Shown: positions 14,201 through 22,323 of the stretch, piece after piece
How positions within the stretch are numbered: position 1 is the stretch's first letter
Layout: the number at the start of each line of letters is the position of its first letter
DNA from: a virus
IMG/VR virus record: IMGVR_UViG_3300042305_001483
DNA length: 64,000 bases
Reading direction: 5' to 3' (one strand)
Translations under genes and position numbers: made by a program
The notes under the pieces: generated by a model
What the model was told of the DNA's origin: nothing
Seen by the model: the letters and a program-made list of their open reading frames with translations, nothing else
Database searches by the model: none

Positions 14201-15948
14201 ATTGAATCAGAAATTCCACTACCAATTTCGTAACCAAAAATCTTTGTTCCCGAAAAATCATTAGTTATTTCTTGTTTAGTAAAACTAATACCATTTTTAT
14301 CAAACAAATCAAACAACGGAGCATCATTTATAGAGGCATGTTGCTGACCAAATTTCCAGTTTTTATCGTCAGCACTGAAATACCATTCAGTTCCTCCATA
14401 AATATTTCCAAGATTAATTGCTACAGAGTCTAAGTCATTAGGGTTATAAAATTCTACTAATTTTATCACAGTAGAATCTAAAAACGGATCATAATTTATA
14501 GATTTAATTAATTCATCGCCTATTTCTTTAATCCAAGTCGACTGGCTTAGATTGAAATACCATCTAGATTCTGATTGAGAATTTCCATTTTTAATATAAA
14601 CTAAATCTCTATCTTTTGTTTTATAAAATTCAACTAATCTTAATTTTAGAACTGAGTTGTCATTGAATTGTTGAACTCTATAAATAATTCCTCTTTTGGT
14701 TAAATCAGCAGCAGCATTATAAACCACTAATTGATTTTCTAATAAGGGTACACCGTCTATTGAAGAACTAACAACTCCATTTAAAAGTGAAGTTAAATTT
14801 GTAGTTGCTGTATCAATTAAGTTAATTTGAATTCTATTTTTAAATTCAATGCTGTAAATTTTTCCTTTTACATTTTCATTTAAATCATTGTTGAAAATAA
14901 CTTTTTGTCCGCCTTCAACTAACACACCGTCTACATAATAACCGTATGTTCCATCAATTTGATCAAAAGCGTTAGTTGTTATTGTATCTATTAAATCAAC
15001 ATTGCCAATTCCCTTAACACCATAATTGTATAGTTTTAAATTTGCTTTAAATTCTATAATTGGTCTCTTTGCTTTACTTTGAACAGGATAAATTGGTGAT
15101 TTATTATTAATCAGAGCAACAGTCTTAATTACATCTTCATGAAACCATCGATTATATCTAGTCCAAGGATTTAAATCATTGCTAGATTTATTAATTGTGA
15201 TATATTCGGGTGTTCCGGGAAGTTTTCTGTCGCCGTCAAAGGGCAACGAATCAAACGGTGCATTATCAAATTTTTCGTTAAAAGTTTCTGCAAAATTCTT
15301 ATTAATTTCTAATTTGTCAAAATCAACTAAAACAATAGAATCTCCTACCCCTTCAACGATATATTCTCTACCAACGCTTATTTCAAATCCATTATAAGTT
15401 TCATTTTTACTAAATGTTAATTTCATACCATTGGATAATTTGTATCCATAACTAGTAGTATAATTTTGATTTCCTAAAATAGATGGCAAAACATTTGAAG
15501 ACAAATTGTCAATTAGTATTGATTCAGGACCCGACGGTAACCAGTAATAAAAAGAATAGTTGATTAGTTTATCCCAGTCAATTAATGGATCGTATGCACT
15601 AAACTCATTTTTAAAAAGTTTATTATGATCTTGTGTATTTCCACCTTGATTTTTTATTTCATTTAATAAATCATCATATGCAATAGCATCTTTTACATTT
15701 GACAGAGAATCTTTAATAATTAAAGCCGGCTCTAACTGATAATTTCTTCTTAATGGGGTATCTTTTTCTAAATAAAGATCTAAAATTGTATTATAATTAG
15801 GTGTTAATTTTGAACCAATAAATGCATTAATTCTTTCAAGTTCGGGCTCTTGAATAAATTGATCAATGGTGCTAGATAAAAATTTAGAATTTTTTTCTGA
15901 TCTAATATATTCAGGAAGAAGATTTACGGTTTTTCTTTTTTCTGCCAT
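2227..15948 (-). CDS. Giant baseplate wedge protein (gp7-like position), 4573 aa
   Basis: Follows gp6 directly. Contains FG-GAP-like propeller repeats (FGFSVSS...LVGAP), GxGY...P Ig-like repeats, small carbohydrate-binding-like modules (GQLVRYNNSYY; GSIVRYNGVYY) and the conserved EVKPYRTKIR segment. Confidence 0.7.
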   Translation of the reverse strand: MAEKRKTVNLLPEYIRSEKNSKFLSSTIDQFIQEPELERINAFIGSKLTPNYNTILDLYLEKDTPLRRNYQLEPALIIKDSLSNVKDAIAYDDLLNEIKNQGGNTQDHNKLFKNEFSAYDPLIDWDKLINYSFYYWLPSGPESILIDNLSSNVLPSILGNQNYTTSYGYKLSNGMKLTFSKNETYNGFEISVGREYIVEGVGDSIVLVDFDKLEINKNFAETFNEKFDNAPFDSLPFDGDRKLPGTPEYITINKSSNDLNPWTRYNRWFHEDVIKTVALINNKSPIYPVQSKAKRPIIEFKANLKLYNYGVKGIGNVDLIDTITTNAFDQIDGTYGYYVDGVLVEGGQKVIFNNDLNENVKGKIYSIEFKNRIQINLIDTATTNLTSLLNGVVSSSIDGVPLLENQLVVYNAAADLTKRGIIYRVQQFNDNSVLKLRLVEFYKTKDRDLVYIKNGNSQSESRWYFNLSQSTWIKEIGDELIKSINYDPFLDSTVIKLVEFYNPNDLDSVAINLGNIYGGTEWYFSADDKNWKFGQQHASINDAPLFDLFDKNGISFTKQEITNDFSGTKIFGYEIGSGISDSILGFPLKNNNSGIGNYLFKNYFTTDTINVTIDNVTSQKSLALGYLKLGNFLVNVWSSAEGYKIPIVENQTVQTNTTTIELKSLDYPFDTSTQVISYVNNNIVQSTVSFNQTATVTFSQPLKENDAIYFNIFSNNSPNNNGFYEPVLNLTNNPLNGPISSFTLSELSDHVGSMIPKITNFQGQFPGKSNLRDLSNYSKFGTRLIINSTPLVYSKLFLAKKDHNVLDSLRFVGYLYNQYKLNLFDTLGKIESQFSPAEALDIALKYINRNNNIDSLFYRSDMVPYGEDKIVTEFTVGIVVNKIYPIRDNFDNTKLSFNALSVYVNDSLLINGQDYQINSLDSTVEILSNLSTGDKIKIYFYNDTTGSFVPPTPSKLGLYPKFKPAIVEDTSYVQGPVTMILGHDGSLTKAYGDYRDQIILEFEKRIYNNIKVSYNSKLFDMNSVISGAFRINRYTIDDSNNILIKEFINWTNQFNVNFSSNTTFDETNPFTFNYSTTVDTLFSKNVSGSWRGIYQYFYDTDKPHLTPWEMLGFNERPNWWTTTYGLAPYTSSNVLLWTDLSNGYIRGENRYNLNYARSGLLSIIPVDEFGNLKSPDTFLVSESSIFEKQQDWKFGDFSPAEVAWRRSSLWPFALNIVAALLDPCSYTSKLFDVSRTTINELNQILYNDDLYLNPNKLILDNENNQSSGFGNLIIEYGRLKNLNYLNTLKNDLSFLDFNLFHKLGGFTSKNKIQLIMDTVDVSSMSQGAILPPENYDLILNKSNTIQSFRISGIVIQKYNGKFLIKGYDKSNPYFEIFPAIISGNSKSVTVGGIAEPFTEWSSITGNANSSVTFSDTTTANVNTTRYYKSGQLVRYNNSYYRVKVGHNASSNFDPTLFQPISKLPVKGGVTVLVPSLFESRSVRIPYGTMYSTIQEVYNVILGYSRWLESNGFIFDQYDNDLTEILDWKFSAKEFLFWTTQNWSNNNLITISPFAKSLKFGNKNSIVDDINYNSYEYNLLKADGKSFPKENIKLSRDDGICVIETVNTEEGLFFALLNTVQKEHAMIFDNRTLFNDIIYDLDTGYRQRRLKISGFRTANWNGDFFSPGFVYDEVFVGDWKPFVSYLPGSIVRYNGVYYQSNIKIVGSEFFNFNEWSKLREQPSPDLLPNFSYKINQFEDFYSLDIDNFDISQQQLAQHLIGYSERPYLNNIFTNPTTQYKFYQGYIKEKGTKNALDKIVKVGSYARKGSINFTEEWAFRVGHYGGYETFQEVEFKLNEGNSLENPYIVKFSNEVPAEKNNLINYILSEDILIKPTNFEINDVFKISKNEVQDESLFQFPSAGYVRPDDVNVTAYNTNSILDIANNNLLNEKDTIWIGFLDNGNWDVYRYSKQTAKITGVFVSSPGIDITFSCDLFHDLKIGDIVSVVNFNDQVNGIYNVKAVPKLNQFTVDSTLSSIVDDDLVELGSIFKFQSVRFEDFLKVSEFKELYKFENGEKIWVDKVDQKWSVYEKVKNYSTGTYFNSLGNPFGQELGYSIYARDNSQVVLVSSPSWNSGSANSVGRIWVYNQKQNILDKLFEYILNSNNKIYCSTSTNSEFGYTLNYDDGKELIFAGAPKASNIITNNTGTISFSTGTGSSKGFISEGLVKISREKSTVEEEETVAILLAPGSYSNTSAKANYLRFGNTIYVDKVNKSTATTVLIGAPGDGVNNTSTGFVFAYHLTTSTDSNAISLVQHTAGISLTSSVILTQYSKWGEKISGSDNGNFIAVSAPGFTTGSKTGLVEIFNKNLVSKQVIYSPFEENRTFGSDIFVSSSGKFLLISSPDIKNSDGTFGNIAVYSATNLTSTGTYVLNQIIENPSFTTDLKFGVSISLNKNEDILTVGALGRNRSSTYVFDENSNVGKTTFDKGSTEFISPVDDSGTVYVFNNLDGYFIQSEELSDSSILEGSRFGFSVSSLNDFILVGAPWIKNATSLDDSTFFKFDKLDTSINSWKVLRNQPNLVDSQKIKSIKLIDSFKEEIIEYLDIFDPVKGKIIGLAEQELKYKSTFDPAMYSIGTALNSVDSNSSWIDDHIGDLWWDLSTVKYLWYEQGDEIFRKNNWGKIFPGSSIDIYEWVKSDLLPSEWAAQADTNEGLTKGISGQPKYPDNSVMSVKQVFNNVTNSFENVYYFWVKNKVTVPNSRNRRISAIQVANLILDPAANGIRFASILSQNAISFANVQPILVGDRINSNISFDEINNNIPKHTEWLLLEEGNKDSVPTTTLTKKLFDSLLGHDDLGQTVPDLNLSVRNRYGIEIRPRQSMFKDRLLALRNLVEFTNSVLIKNKITGFYDFTNLNKKEEIPDILSREYDFIVDDLEELDQIDISKFSQAELIYSTYNGKVVSVEIINPGFGYSIPPKIEILSSSGEGAELLSEIDGSGRVINVIISNPGKNYLGNLDSSEKIIIRGHTTIVRTNSEYGNRWTKHLFNYEFKNWTRIQTQSYNTPLYWNYVDWVDENYNGYKDYAVVLKDPTELPIASSTVTGDYVKINNVGDGRYIILEKLDSDQIGDFALQYKIVYSQNGTIQISDEIWNFKESNYSYDAATLEETLYDQIPDQELNHILYALKDDIFVGNLKINWNLFFFKAVRYAFTEQKLLDWVFKTSFISVNNQVGELDQKSVYRLDNENYFEDYIREVKPYRTKIRSYTSKYSLTNETSNSVSTDFDLPAYFNTVSNSYELVGLTSSEITEYPWKWWADNYKYYVKNVLVADNGEGYTQNPTVVITPALGDTGSGATAEAYIRNGGVFKVLVSNPGSGYVRPPTVTIVGGGPNVVKPAKVSVELGNDYIRKNILGIKFDRTGVNEEIDSSRITETFECTGNNRFRLTWLAQPNKSKIVPLLDSKIIFSTDYTIEYFTENINNYTSQYCEFVFLNYIPKLGQKFKITYEKNISIYHAVDRINKFYQPTDDMVGKEIPLLMSGAEYKNTVIQGLNFGYSLPWNYGYFDNDSAWSNLVNYYTSAKLVKNINYSGTVLYLDSVEGVSIGQKILLTNTSTSHIRSDAVVSAVNTSTKTVSIANSEYRLKRIISDSLTTQGNIVFFTTEDFNGKITSGSIIEISGVDDGTILGFDGKYIVTNSGTDRFTAVGTGTHAITLLTTSTVKTLGVTAKVTVPAVFNEVNVNSLYNIYSFENLVSNTSTVAYDTNVLFNSVSTVTIYVNDLLYGSYYNVSTTSNNTYNVEIFNLNSNVTNKIKVDLYGYPIVEFWKDNFSFDELDTEISAGSWNGSGNFVGALGINPGDLVIDGSGLISQNIGQSPEEHVKGNTYESVSINVFTQENKSSPIAMSGIVPISANAISSFKLGVPLEESIYITVNFEGKMLDRIYEPPSSGVVDEYFFTTSSQFYVMNDELYIAPQDVNGKVGYNLLTIGGEYVADSVTLLTEYGQSTATLISSAFIDDIRSVYVTIDGREVNSSNYELIPAGPKNKRAAVRVTNIADSKRTIQAWFLKSNFGKFSQIFEEQFSIAAPTSSILVTNLLGTTEPLSAQVFVEVYEPDSTTLVKGRKRLNPPDVNYYKLDGSTTTFNIDNTSRPPGTYTNSNIKVYLNGRLLAPGFDYSINSVTGTVTISSGIASNGAILAIESLVNFDYVINNNTIIFTTPIQPSSSVKVISFADYDGMMLRTERFKGDAGLKFTLGLPVSDSRYVWVALNKQYLIANNDFTILDDFRTVSLNNSISIQSDDEITISYVSTTLRSNLVYGYKIFNDIFNRTTYSRLSNFYGTRLTKELKLTDTEIHVTDSSSLIPPNFHRNIPGVIFVDSERIEFFSKDSNVLSGLRRGTMGTSPAEISDVGTKVFDQSPQQFIPYTDTIKKQYHITSEATGTYVVNTVTNSNGTYTIAISSSSFVINTGTMYQSGGDGIILSTTNGLEQYLNDQISVKFGGRLLRKTASKVHDYNLAYDSTSTSLRTLDPEFTVKFNESTGNFELNIHVEDFTLRTKVEIEQKIGNYWNTSTSLMESESIQSKFIRRHSTEIPDKWYYGNSN

Positions 15949-15949
15949 T

Positions 15950-18900
15950 TTAAGTTCCGCTTGATGTTACAATATTCGAAGATGACTTTAATTGCGACGC
16001 AGTTATAGCACTTATTACTTCGATATCATTAATTGATACTGAATGAATAAAAAGTTCATTCGGTTGACTTGAAATTTCATAAAAACTTCCGAACCCTGAA
16101 TTACCTTTTGGTACTATAACAAAGTTAGTTATGTCTGGAGTTAACTTGTTCATTACGTATGTAGAAAGTTCACTAAAATAAAAAGTTTGTCCAAATTCCC
16201 AATTTTCTAAAGAGAAAAATTCATTTATAGCATTTAAAATTTTAGTTTTTATATCATTATCAGTTATTAGTCTTTCGTTATTTTTTACTGCTTTAAATGT
16301 TGCTTGCAAATTAGGATCTGCTTTTTCTCCAAATAAAATTTTATACTTTACAGGATGAAAAATAATTTCATCACTAATAGATTTAATGTTGTCTAATTTT
16401 GATTTATAGTTTTGTTCTAAACTTTGCGTAGTTGGCGCAAGTGGTTCTTGATTAACCACTCCTGATAGATATTGTCTAAATTCATTATCATACGAAACTG
16501 TTAAAAGATATATATCAATAATATTTGATTTACTCGGATCTATTCTTCTATTGTTTCCACTATTGTGTGTATATTGAAACTTTAAATCAGCCCTTCCTGA
16601 TCTTCCTATATAGTTTTCGTCAAATATCAAAGTTGAAGTTTCTGTAGACCACTTTTTTACCACATTCTCGTTTGGATTATAAAAATAAAATAAATCTCCA
16701 TTATTAATCGGTTGGTTAATTGGATTCAAAAGATAACTATTCCAATTATCTTCTGATTCAATAGCATCTCTTACATCTGTAGTTAATCTATAAATGCCAT
16801 CAGAATCTAATTTAAAATAAACAAATTTATTATCGCCGACAATTTTATCAAAAGAATCAGGATCTTCAATTTGACCTAGCGTGTTAAAATCATAAAAATT
16901 TATTTTAACTTTTCTAGGATTTACATAGCCATCTTTTTCTATTGTAGGACTTTCAATTTGCCATAGAAAATCATTACCTAATTCTCCAGTAATATTTGAA
17001 CTTTGTACCCAAACTCCTGACATTTTTTGAAATATAGTTCCATTAGTAGTGTTCAAATAATAAGACCCATCCTGTCCAATAGTATTAGAAGGATTTGTAG
17101 GGCCTCCAAACCATTTTGGTATACCTGTTGGAACTGAATTTACCGATAATACATTAATTTTATCTTTTAAAACTGTATTATCATTAAAATTGTAATTCAC
17201 AGAAGAGTTGTCAACAAAAAATGCTGTTTTTTGATTACTTTCAAAAACAAAATTTAAAGTTCTATAAGTTACTTTATATTTTTTACCAGTCCATACAAAT
17301 GAAATTATCCAACTTGAATCTAATCCTATATCTTCGATATTATTTTGATTTGCTAACGAAAATGCATCTTGAAGATTTAAATTAGAATTTAAAATAAATT
17401 GCCATTCCCTCGAAACAGAATCAATTGTTAAACCAAAATTTCTTTGTCCTAAACAAAAATTAGAAATTTCATTTTCTAAACCAAAAGACAGCAAATTGTT
17501 ATACTTGGGTATAACTTCTGTAGGAATAGCACTATTTGAATTTGTACCGTCACCGGGAATTTTTGTTGAAAAAATTATAGGACCAGTGCCGTCGTCGAGC
17601 GCACCAAGCCCACCGTTTGAACCATCTAATACTACCTGTTTTACCATCGACCAAAAATATATTTTTCCACCAGATGGAATAATATTTGATGTTGGAATAG
17701 TCTTAATGTTGTTGTTATCGTCAAAATACTTGCCGGTAGGAGCAATGAATTTTACTAAAGCACCTGGAGTTATATATTTTAAATTAGATATAGAAAATGT
17801 TCCAACTGAAAAAACTTGAGATCCTAAATTAAAATATCCTCTACTTTCGTTAGGAATTTTGTTAACTTCGGTCCATCTTATACCTAAATATGCTAAATCA
17901 ATTTTAGAATACTTGTCTAAATAAAAATTTTTTAATTTTGAACTATTAACAATAGGCGCTAATTGATTTTTAATTACAGAAAGTATTTGAGATCGGCTGG
18001 CAAAATCAAATTCAAAAAATTCTTCTATTTCTTCTTTATACAAAATCCCGTCATCTGCAAAAATGTTTGTTTGACTATACTTTCCTGTTACATCAGAAAT
18101 ATCAAAATATTTGCTTAATCCACTAGAAATTCTATTAATACTTTTAACTTTTAAAATATCAGACCCGGCATTTAATGGAGAAATGTTATAATCTTCTCCA
18201 GTAATCATTCTATTTTGTGTGTAATAAAGTTGAGGTGCTTTTAACTGTATACTAGCATTTGATTCTGGGCCAGCACTATTGCTTACCGTATATTCAAGAC
18301 TTAGCGTTAGTTGCAATTCTTGAGACTGACCAAATGAATTAAAATATGGAATAGTAATAACTACTCCAGACATCTGCTCTGGTTTAATTATATAACTTAA
18401 ACCATTGCTCTGTCTGTAAAATAATCGAAAATCTCCTTTAGGTAAATCTCCAAAAACGCCATCAGCAAAATTTAAATCAATTTGATCATCATTTCTAGTT
18501 GATACAGCATATATAGATCTCAAACTTTGATTTAAACTATTATAAATTACGTTATTTCCTAGTAATGCCGGGACTTGAGTCCATAATGTACTATAATTTC
18601 CGTTTTTGTCTAATTGCCATAACCAAACATCAGAATTATTAATATTAGGAGTATTAACGCCAACAATTTCATTAGGTACCGGATTATCTAAACTAAAGTT
18701 CGCCAAACTTAATGTTCCTTGTCTAAAATGAACTAAAAATCCTGTATTTGGACTAGCCGAGCCTTGATTGTCATTTTTATAAATTAAACTAAATGATTTT
18801 CCAGGTGCTGGCGAATCTTCATAAATGTACGATTCTCCTGTAAAAGTACAAGGAACAATTTCAAAATTCATTGACACCCCATTAATAACTTTTGAAAAAT

Positions 18901-19489
18901 TAAAAATAGGCACATCATTATTAGAACTGTTAACTACATACCTTTCTGTTAACGCTCCAGATATTGTATCTCTATCAACTGGATTGCCAAACGCTGTAGT
19001 CATTGCAGAATTCATTATGTTGACAAATTGCTGATACCAATCTTGATTTGTTGGATCGTTCCACGCAATAACTGTGTTTGCTAAATTTACACCGTTTGCA
19101 TCAAAAACATTATCTGTAGTAGAAATAGCAGTAACTTTTAAAAATCCGTTTGCTGGAACATTTCTTGCAGGATTATAACTAATTAACTGTGCTAATCTTA
19201 AAATACTCTCACGACGTTCAGCAGTTTCTAAAAAGTTTTCTCTAGCATTTAAGTCAATTCTAAAACTTAAATTTTGGCCAAGGTACGCAATTAAATCAAT
19301 TAACGCAATGTATTCACTACTGTCAATGAAGTCATTAAATTCTTCAGGATAATTTTCACGAAGATAAGAAATCATTACCCTTTTAAGGGTTTCAAAATCA
19401 TAACTTTTAAAATCGGCATTTTTAAAAGATTGGTATACTTTTTTCCAATCTTCTGCCACTAATAATTTTGTATTTGTAGATGGAATCAT
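15950..19489 (-). CDS. gp6: Baseplate wedge subunit, gp6-like
   Basis: SYDFETLK...YLRENYPEEFNDF...NARENFLETAERRES, FADGVFGDLP and APQLYYTQNRMITGEDY are hallmarks of the gp6/baseplate-J family; adjacent to gp25. Confidence 0.85.
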   Translation of the reverse strand: MIPSTNTKLLVAEDWKKVYQSFKNADFKSYDFETLKRVMISYLRENYPEEFNDFIDSSEYIALIDLIAYLGQNLSFRIDLNARENFLETAERRESILRLAQLISYNPARNVPANGFLKVTAISTTDNVFDANGVNLANTVIAWNDPTNQDWYQQFVNIMNSAMTTAFGNPVDRDTISGALTERYVVNSSNNDVPIFNFSKVINGVSMNFEIVPCTFTGESYIYEDSPAPGKSFSLIYKNDNQGSASPNTGFLVHFRQGTLSLANFSLDNPVPNEIVGVNTPNINNSDVWLWQLDKNGNYSTLWTQVPALLGNNVIYNSLNQSLRSIYAVSTRNDDQIDLNFADGVFGDLPKGDFRLFYRQSNGLSYIIKPEQMSGVVITIPYFNSFGQSQELQLTLSLEYTVSNSAGPESNASIQLKAPQLYYTQNRMITGEDYNISPLNAGSDILKVKSINRISSGLSKYFDISDVTGKYSQTNIFADDGILYKEEIEEFFEFDFASRSQILSVIKNQLAPIVNSSKLKNFYLDKYSKIDLAYLGIRWTEVNKIPNESRGYFNLGSQVFSVGTFSISNLKYITPGALVKFIAPTGKYFDDNNNIKTIPTSNIIPSGGKIYFWSMVKQVVLDGSNGGLGALDDGTGPIIFSTKIPGDGTNSNSAIPTEVIPKYNNLLSFGLENEISNFCLGQRNFGLTIDSVSREWQFILNSNLNLQDAFSLANQNNIEDIGLDSSWIISFVWTGKKYKVTYRTLNFVFESNQKTAFFVDNSSVNYNFNDNTVLKDKINVLSVNSVPTGIPKWFGGPTNPSNTIGQDGSYYLNTTNGTIFQKMSGVWVQSSNITGELGNDFLWQIESPTIEKDGYVNPRKVKINFYDFNTLGQIEDPDSFDKIVGDNKFVYFKLDSDGIYRLTTDVRDAIESEDNWNSYLLNPINQPINNGDLFYFYNPNENVVKKWSTETSTLIFDENYIGRSGRADLKFQYTHNSGNNRRIDPSKSNIIDIYLLTVSYDNEFRQYLSGVVNQEPLAPTTQSLEQNYKSKLDNIKSISDEIIFHPVKYKILFGEKADPNLQATFKAVKNNERLITDNDIKTKILNAINEFFSLENWEFGQTFYFSELSTYVMNKLTPDITNFVIVPKGNSGFGSFYEISSQPNELFIHSVSINDIEVISAITASQLKSSSNIVTSSGT

Positions 19490-19535
19490 AATTTTAACTC
19501 GATACCATATTTATTTTTAAAATAAACTGCATACT

Positions 19536-19973
19536 TTATTCTGCAAGAAGGCCAAGTTTTTGATCAAACATTAACCTCAATTGCGTACTTTGATTTGTCT
19601 CAGTTAAATTCAAAGTAATTTCTAATAAAAATCCCTGTTCGTATTCTCTTATATCAATCTGTGTAGGATATGTTCTAGGATCAAAAGTACAAATTGTTTT
19701 TATATCATTAGTTAACAATTCTCTTGTTTCTTCAGTTAAAGGTTCCATTAATAAATCCCAAATTATTGTTCCAAACTGAGGATTCATCACCCTACTACCT
19801 TTTCTAGTATTAAAATGATTTAAAATATTTTGTTTGATAAGATCATAATCATACAATTTTGATCCAAAGTTTAATGGGTTAACTGTACTAAACCCTTTAT
19901 AAAATTGGCTTAATTTATTAGTATGAGTTTCTCTGTAATTAGAAACATTAATTTCAATAGTTTTGTAAGGCAT
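19536..19973 (-). CDS. gp25: Baseplate wedge subunit, gp25-like
   Basis: IKQNILNHFNTRKGSRVMNPQFGTIIWDLLMEP...FDPR is the GPW/gp25 signature. Confidence 0.9.
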   Translation of the reverse strand: MPYKTIEINVSNYRETHTNKLSQFYKGFSTVNPLNFGSKLYDYDLIKQNILNHFNTRKGSRVMNPQFGTIIWDLLMEPLTEETRELLTNDIKTICTFDPRTYPTQIDIREYEQGFLLEITLNLTETNQSTQLRLMFDQKLGLLAE

Positions 19974-19986
19974 AATAATATTTATT

Positions 19987-22311
19987 TTAACCTCCAGACC
20001 CGGTTCTTATAGGATTTCCCTGACCATCTGTTACAATTCCACCAGAGCCTGTTCCTAAAAGTTGTCCTTGCAACTGACCTAAAAAGCATTCATAAAAACC
20101 TTTTTTCTTTGCTTTAATATCAGCAGTATTATTTCCAACAGCCTTGCAAGCGGCTTCAAAATAACCAGGATTAGTTTGATCTAATTTAACTCTGTCTAGT
20201 AGATATATAACTGCGGATTCCGCTGCAAGATCTGGTCTGTTTAATAGTTTAGGATTTTTAACTAAATCCCATTTCATTAATTTTCCATATTTTTCATAGT
20301 TGGCTCGACCGGTTATTTGTATATAGCCTCGGCCAATAAATTTTGTTCCGTCACCAGGTTCTTTATTTCCTAATTCTCTACCTTTTGCGCCTTGATACCC
20401 ATATAAAAATTCAGGTAAACTATTATTAGGATTTCCTGCATACTTTTCTGCAAGGCTTCGATCTCCTTTAAATATACTAGGAAACACTTGTAACAATCGA
20501 TTAGCAGTATAATTAAAATTTTCTTCTTTTACTTCCCATAATGTTTCTCCTCCGCAAATCCCCAATAACGAAGCGACTGCATAAGGACTTTTTAACCCAT
20601 ATTTTTCTGCGGCAGTTTTTAAAGCATCTATCCCAAACCCAGATGTTCCTTTGTTAATTGCTCTAGCATATTCAATTGTACAAGTTCCCGGAACAACTAC
20701 TGGAGGGTTTGTTGGTTCAACTGGCGGTGTATTTTGACTTACTTGTCCCGATGCTCGAGCAGCAGCAGAAGCAGGATTTGGAGGGATTCCGTCGGCTGTT
20801 CTATCTGCCAATGTTACATCTGTTTTGGGCGGTTCTACTTTTGGAGGATTAATGTTTTCGTGTTGATCCCACGGTTCGTGTGTTGGAACCCTCTGCATAA
20901 TACTTTTAATATCTGGTGCTTTATAAAATTCTCCGTTTGACCAACCAGAGTTTGCTTTTCTATTAGGTAAAGTGAATAAAGGCAAATCTGGAGGAATTGC
21001 TGCATTTTCTGCACTGCTAGGTGCGGCAGCAGCAGGGCCATTCAAATGAATTACTGACCCGCTTGCTATAATTTGTCCGTTGGCGCCTAAATTTAGTGTT
21101 GCAGCAGTTCCTATGTTGATATTTGATTCTGCTCCTATATTAAAACTTGCGCCCGCTGTTTCTTTAATATCACCGGCGACATTTAAATTAAACGAATTAG
21201 CAACCGAAACTTTAGCCACTCCCCCAATCGTTTTATCATAAGTTTTCGTAACAGAAATTTTGGCATCTTTATCAACATTTAAAAAATAATGGCCGACAAT
21301 ATTTGTTTCCATGTTTCCATCGGCCCTAATGTGTATGTTGCGACCTGCTTCTAAATTTATATCTCTATCTGCTCTAAAATTAAAATCATTTTCAGTATGA
21401 ATACTAACACTATCCTGAGCAAAAATATCAATCTTACCGTTACTAGTTAATTCAATCCATGCTGTACCTTTACTGTTAGCAATGTAGATTAAATCTTGAC
21501 TATTATGCATTAATATTTGATGCCCGGTGCGTGTTCTTAATCTTACTAATTCATTTTGACCATTAACATCCCCGTCATCCATTACAAAAGTTGTACCACC
21601 CAATCTGCTTACAGGTATCCTTGCTTTAGATTGATATCCAATTTCTCCACGTTTTGCACCGGGGCTATCATCAATGGGCCCTGGTGTAGATATTCCGAAT
21701 ACTCCGCTAGGTATTTCTCTTCTTGCAGAACTAGACGTAACACCTCTTGTAGTATCTAGTAATAAACCTTGTTGCAATAGCCTATCAGCAAAAGGATGAA
21801 CAGGTTTGGTAAATTTGTCAACACTTAAAGAAAACTTTCGAGAAGATTTATGAAATTCAGCAACTGGTAACAAATCTGTACCGTATTTTCTTCGTTGCTC
21901 GTCCGTAATAGCAGATTGTTTTGATGCTGCAATTCCAGGAATCATGTGATTTTGAAACATGTCAGAAACACAACCAAACCAATATCCCTGATTAGGATCC
22001 CCGTCAATAAACACAACCATAACTGTTGATCCAATGTCCGGAGGTACTGCCCACCATCCGTAACTTTTTTGAACATCGTTAAAATCAGAACTGTTAGTGC
22101 CTTCGTATTTTATGCTTGTATTTCCTGCAAATGGACTTAAATATCTAACAATATATGTTTCTGCTTGAAGATCAAAATCTGGTGCTACACCTTTAAATAG
22201 TGCAACTTCTAAACTTCCCATATAAGTGGGATCTAGGTGATTTCTAACCTCTGCTAAAAAAGGGCCGGGCGACCCTAATTTTGCCGAGCGTCTTTTTTCA
22301 AAATTTGCCAT
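19987..22311 (-). CDS. gp5: Baseplate hub/spike protein, gp5-like, with C-terminal GH19 (chitinase/endolysin-type) domain
   Basis: OB-fold motif PPDIGSTVMVVFIDGDPNQGYWFG, beta-helix repeats, then EENFNY...GNKEPGDGTKFIGRGYIQITGRANY (GH19). Confidence 0.8.
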   Translation of the reverse strand: MANFEKRRSAKLGSPGPFLAEVRNHLDPTYMGSLEVALFKGVAPDFDLQAETYIVRYLSPFAGNTSIKYEGTNSSDFNDVQKSYGWWAVPPDIGSTVMVVFIDGDPNQGYWFGCVSDMFQNHMIPGIAASKQSAITDEQRRKYGTDLLPVAEFHKSSRKFSLSVDKFTKPVHPFADRLLQQGLLLDTTRGVTSSSARREIPSGVFGISTPGPIDDSPGAKRGEIGYQSKARIPVSRLGGTTFVMDDGDVNGQNELVRLRTRTGHQILMHNSQDLIYIANSKGTAWIELTSNGKIDIFAQDSVSIHTENDFNFRADRDINLEAGRNIHIRADGNMETNIVGHYFLNVDKDAKISVTKTYDKTIGGVAKVSVANSFNLNVAGDIKETAGASFNIGAESNINIGTAATLNLGANGQIIASGSVIHLNGPAAAAPSSAENAAIPPDLPLFTLPNRKANSGWSNGEFYKAPDIKSIMQRVPTHEPWDQHENINPPKVEPPKTDVTLADRTADGIPPNPASAAARASGQVSQNTPPVEPTNPPVVVPGTCTIEYARAINKGTSGFGIDALKTAAEKYGLKSPYAVASLLGICGGETLWEVKEENFNYTANRLLQVFPSIFKGDRSLAEKYAGNPNNSLPEFLYGYQGAKGRELGNKEPGDGTKFIGRGYIQITGRANYEKYGKLMKWDLVKNPKLLNRPDLAAESAVIYLLDRVKLDQTNPGYFEAACKAVGNNTADIKAKKKGFYECFLGQLQGQLLGTGSGGIVTDGQGNPIRTGSGG

Positions 22312-22323
22312 ATTATTCTTCCA

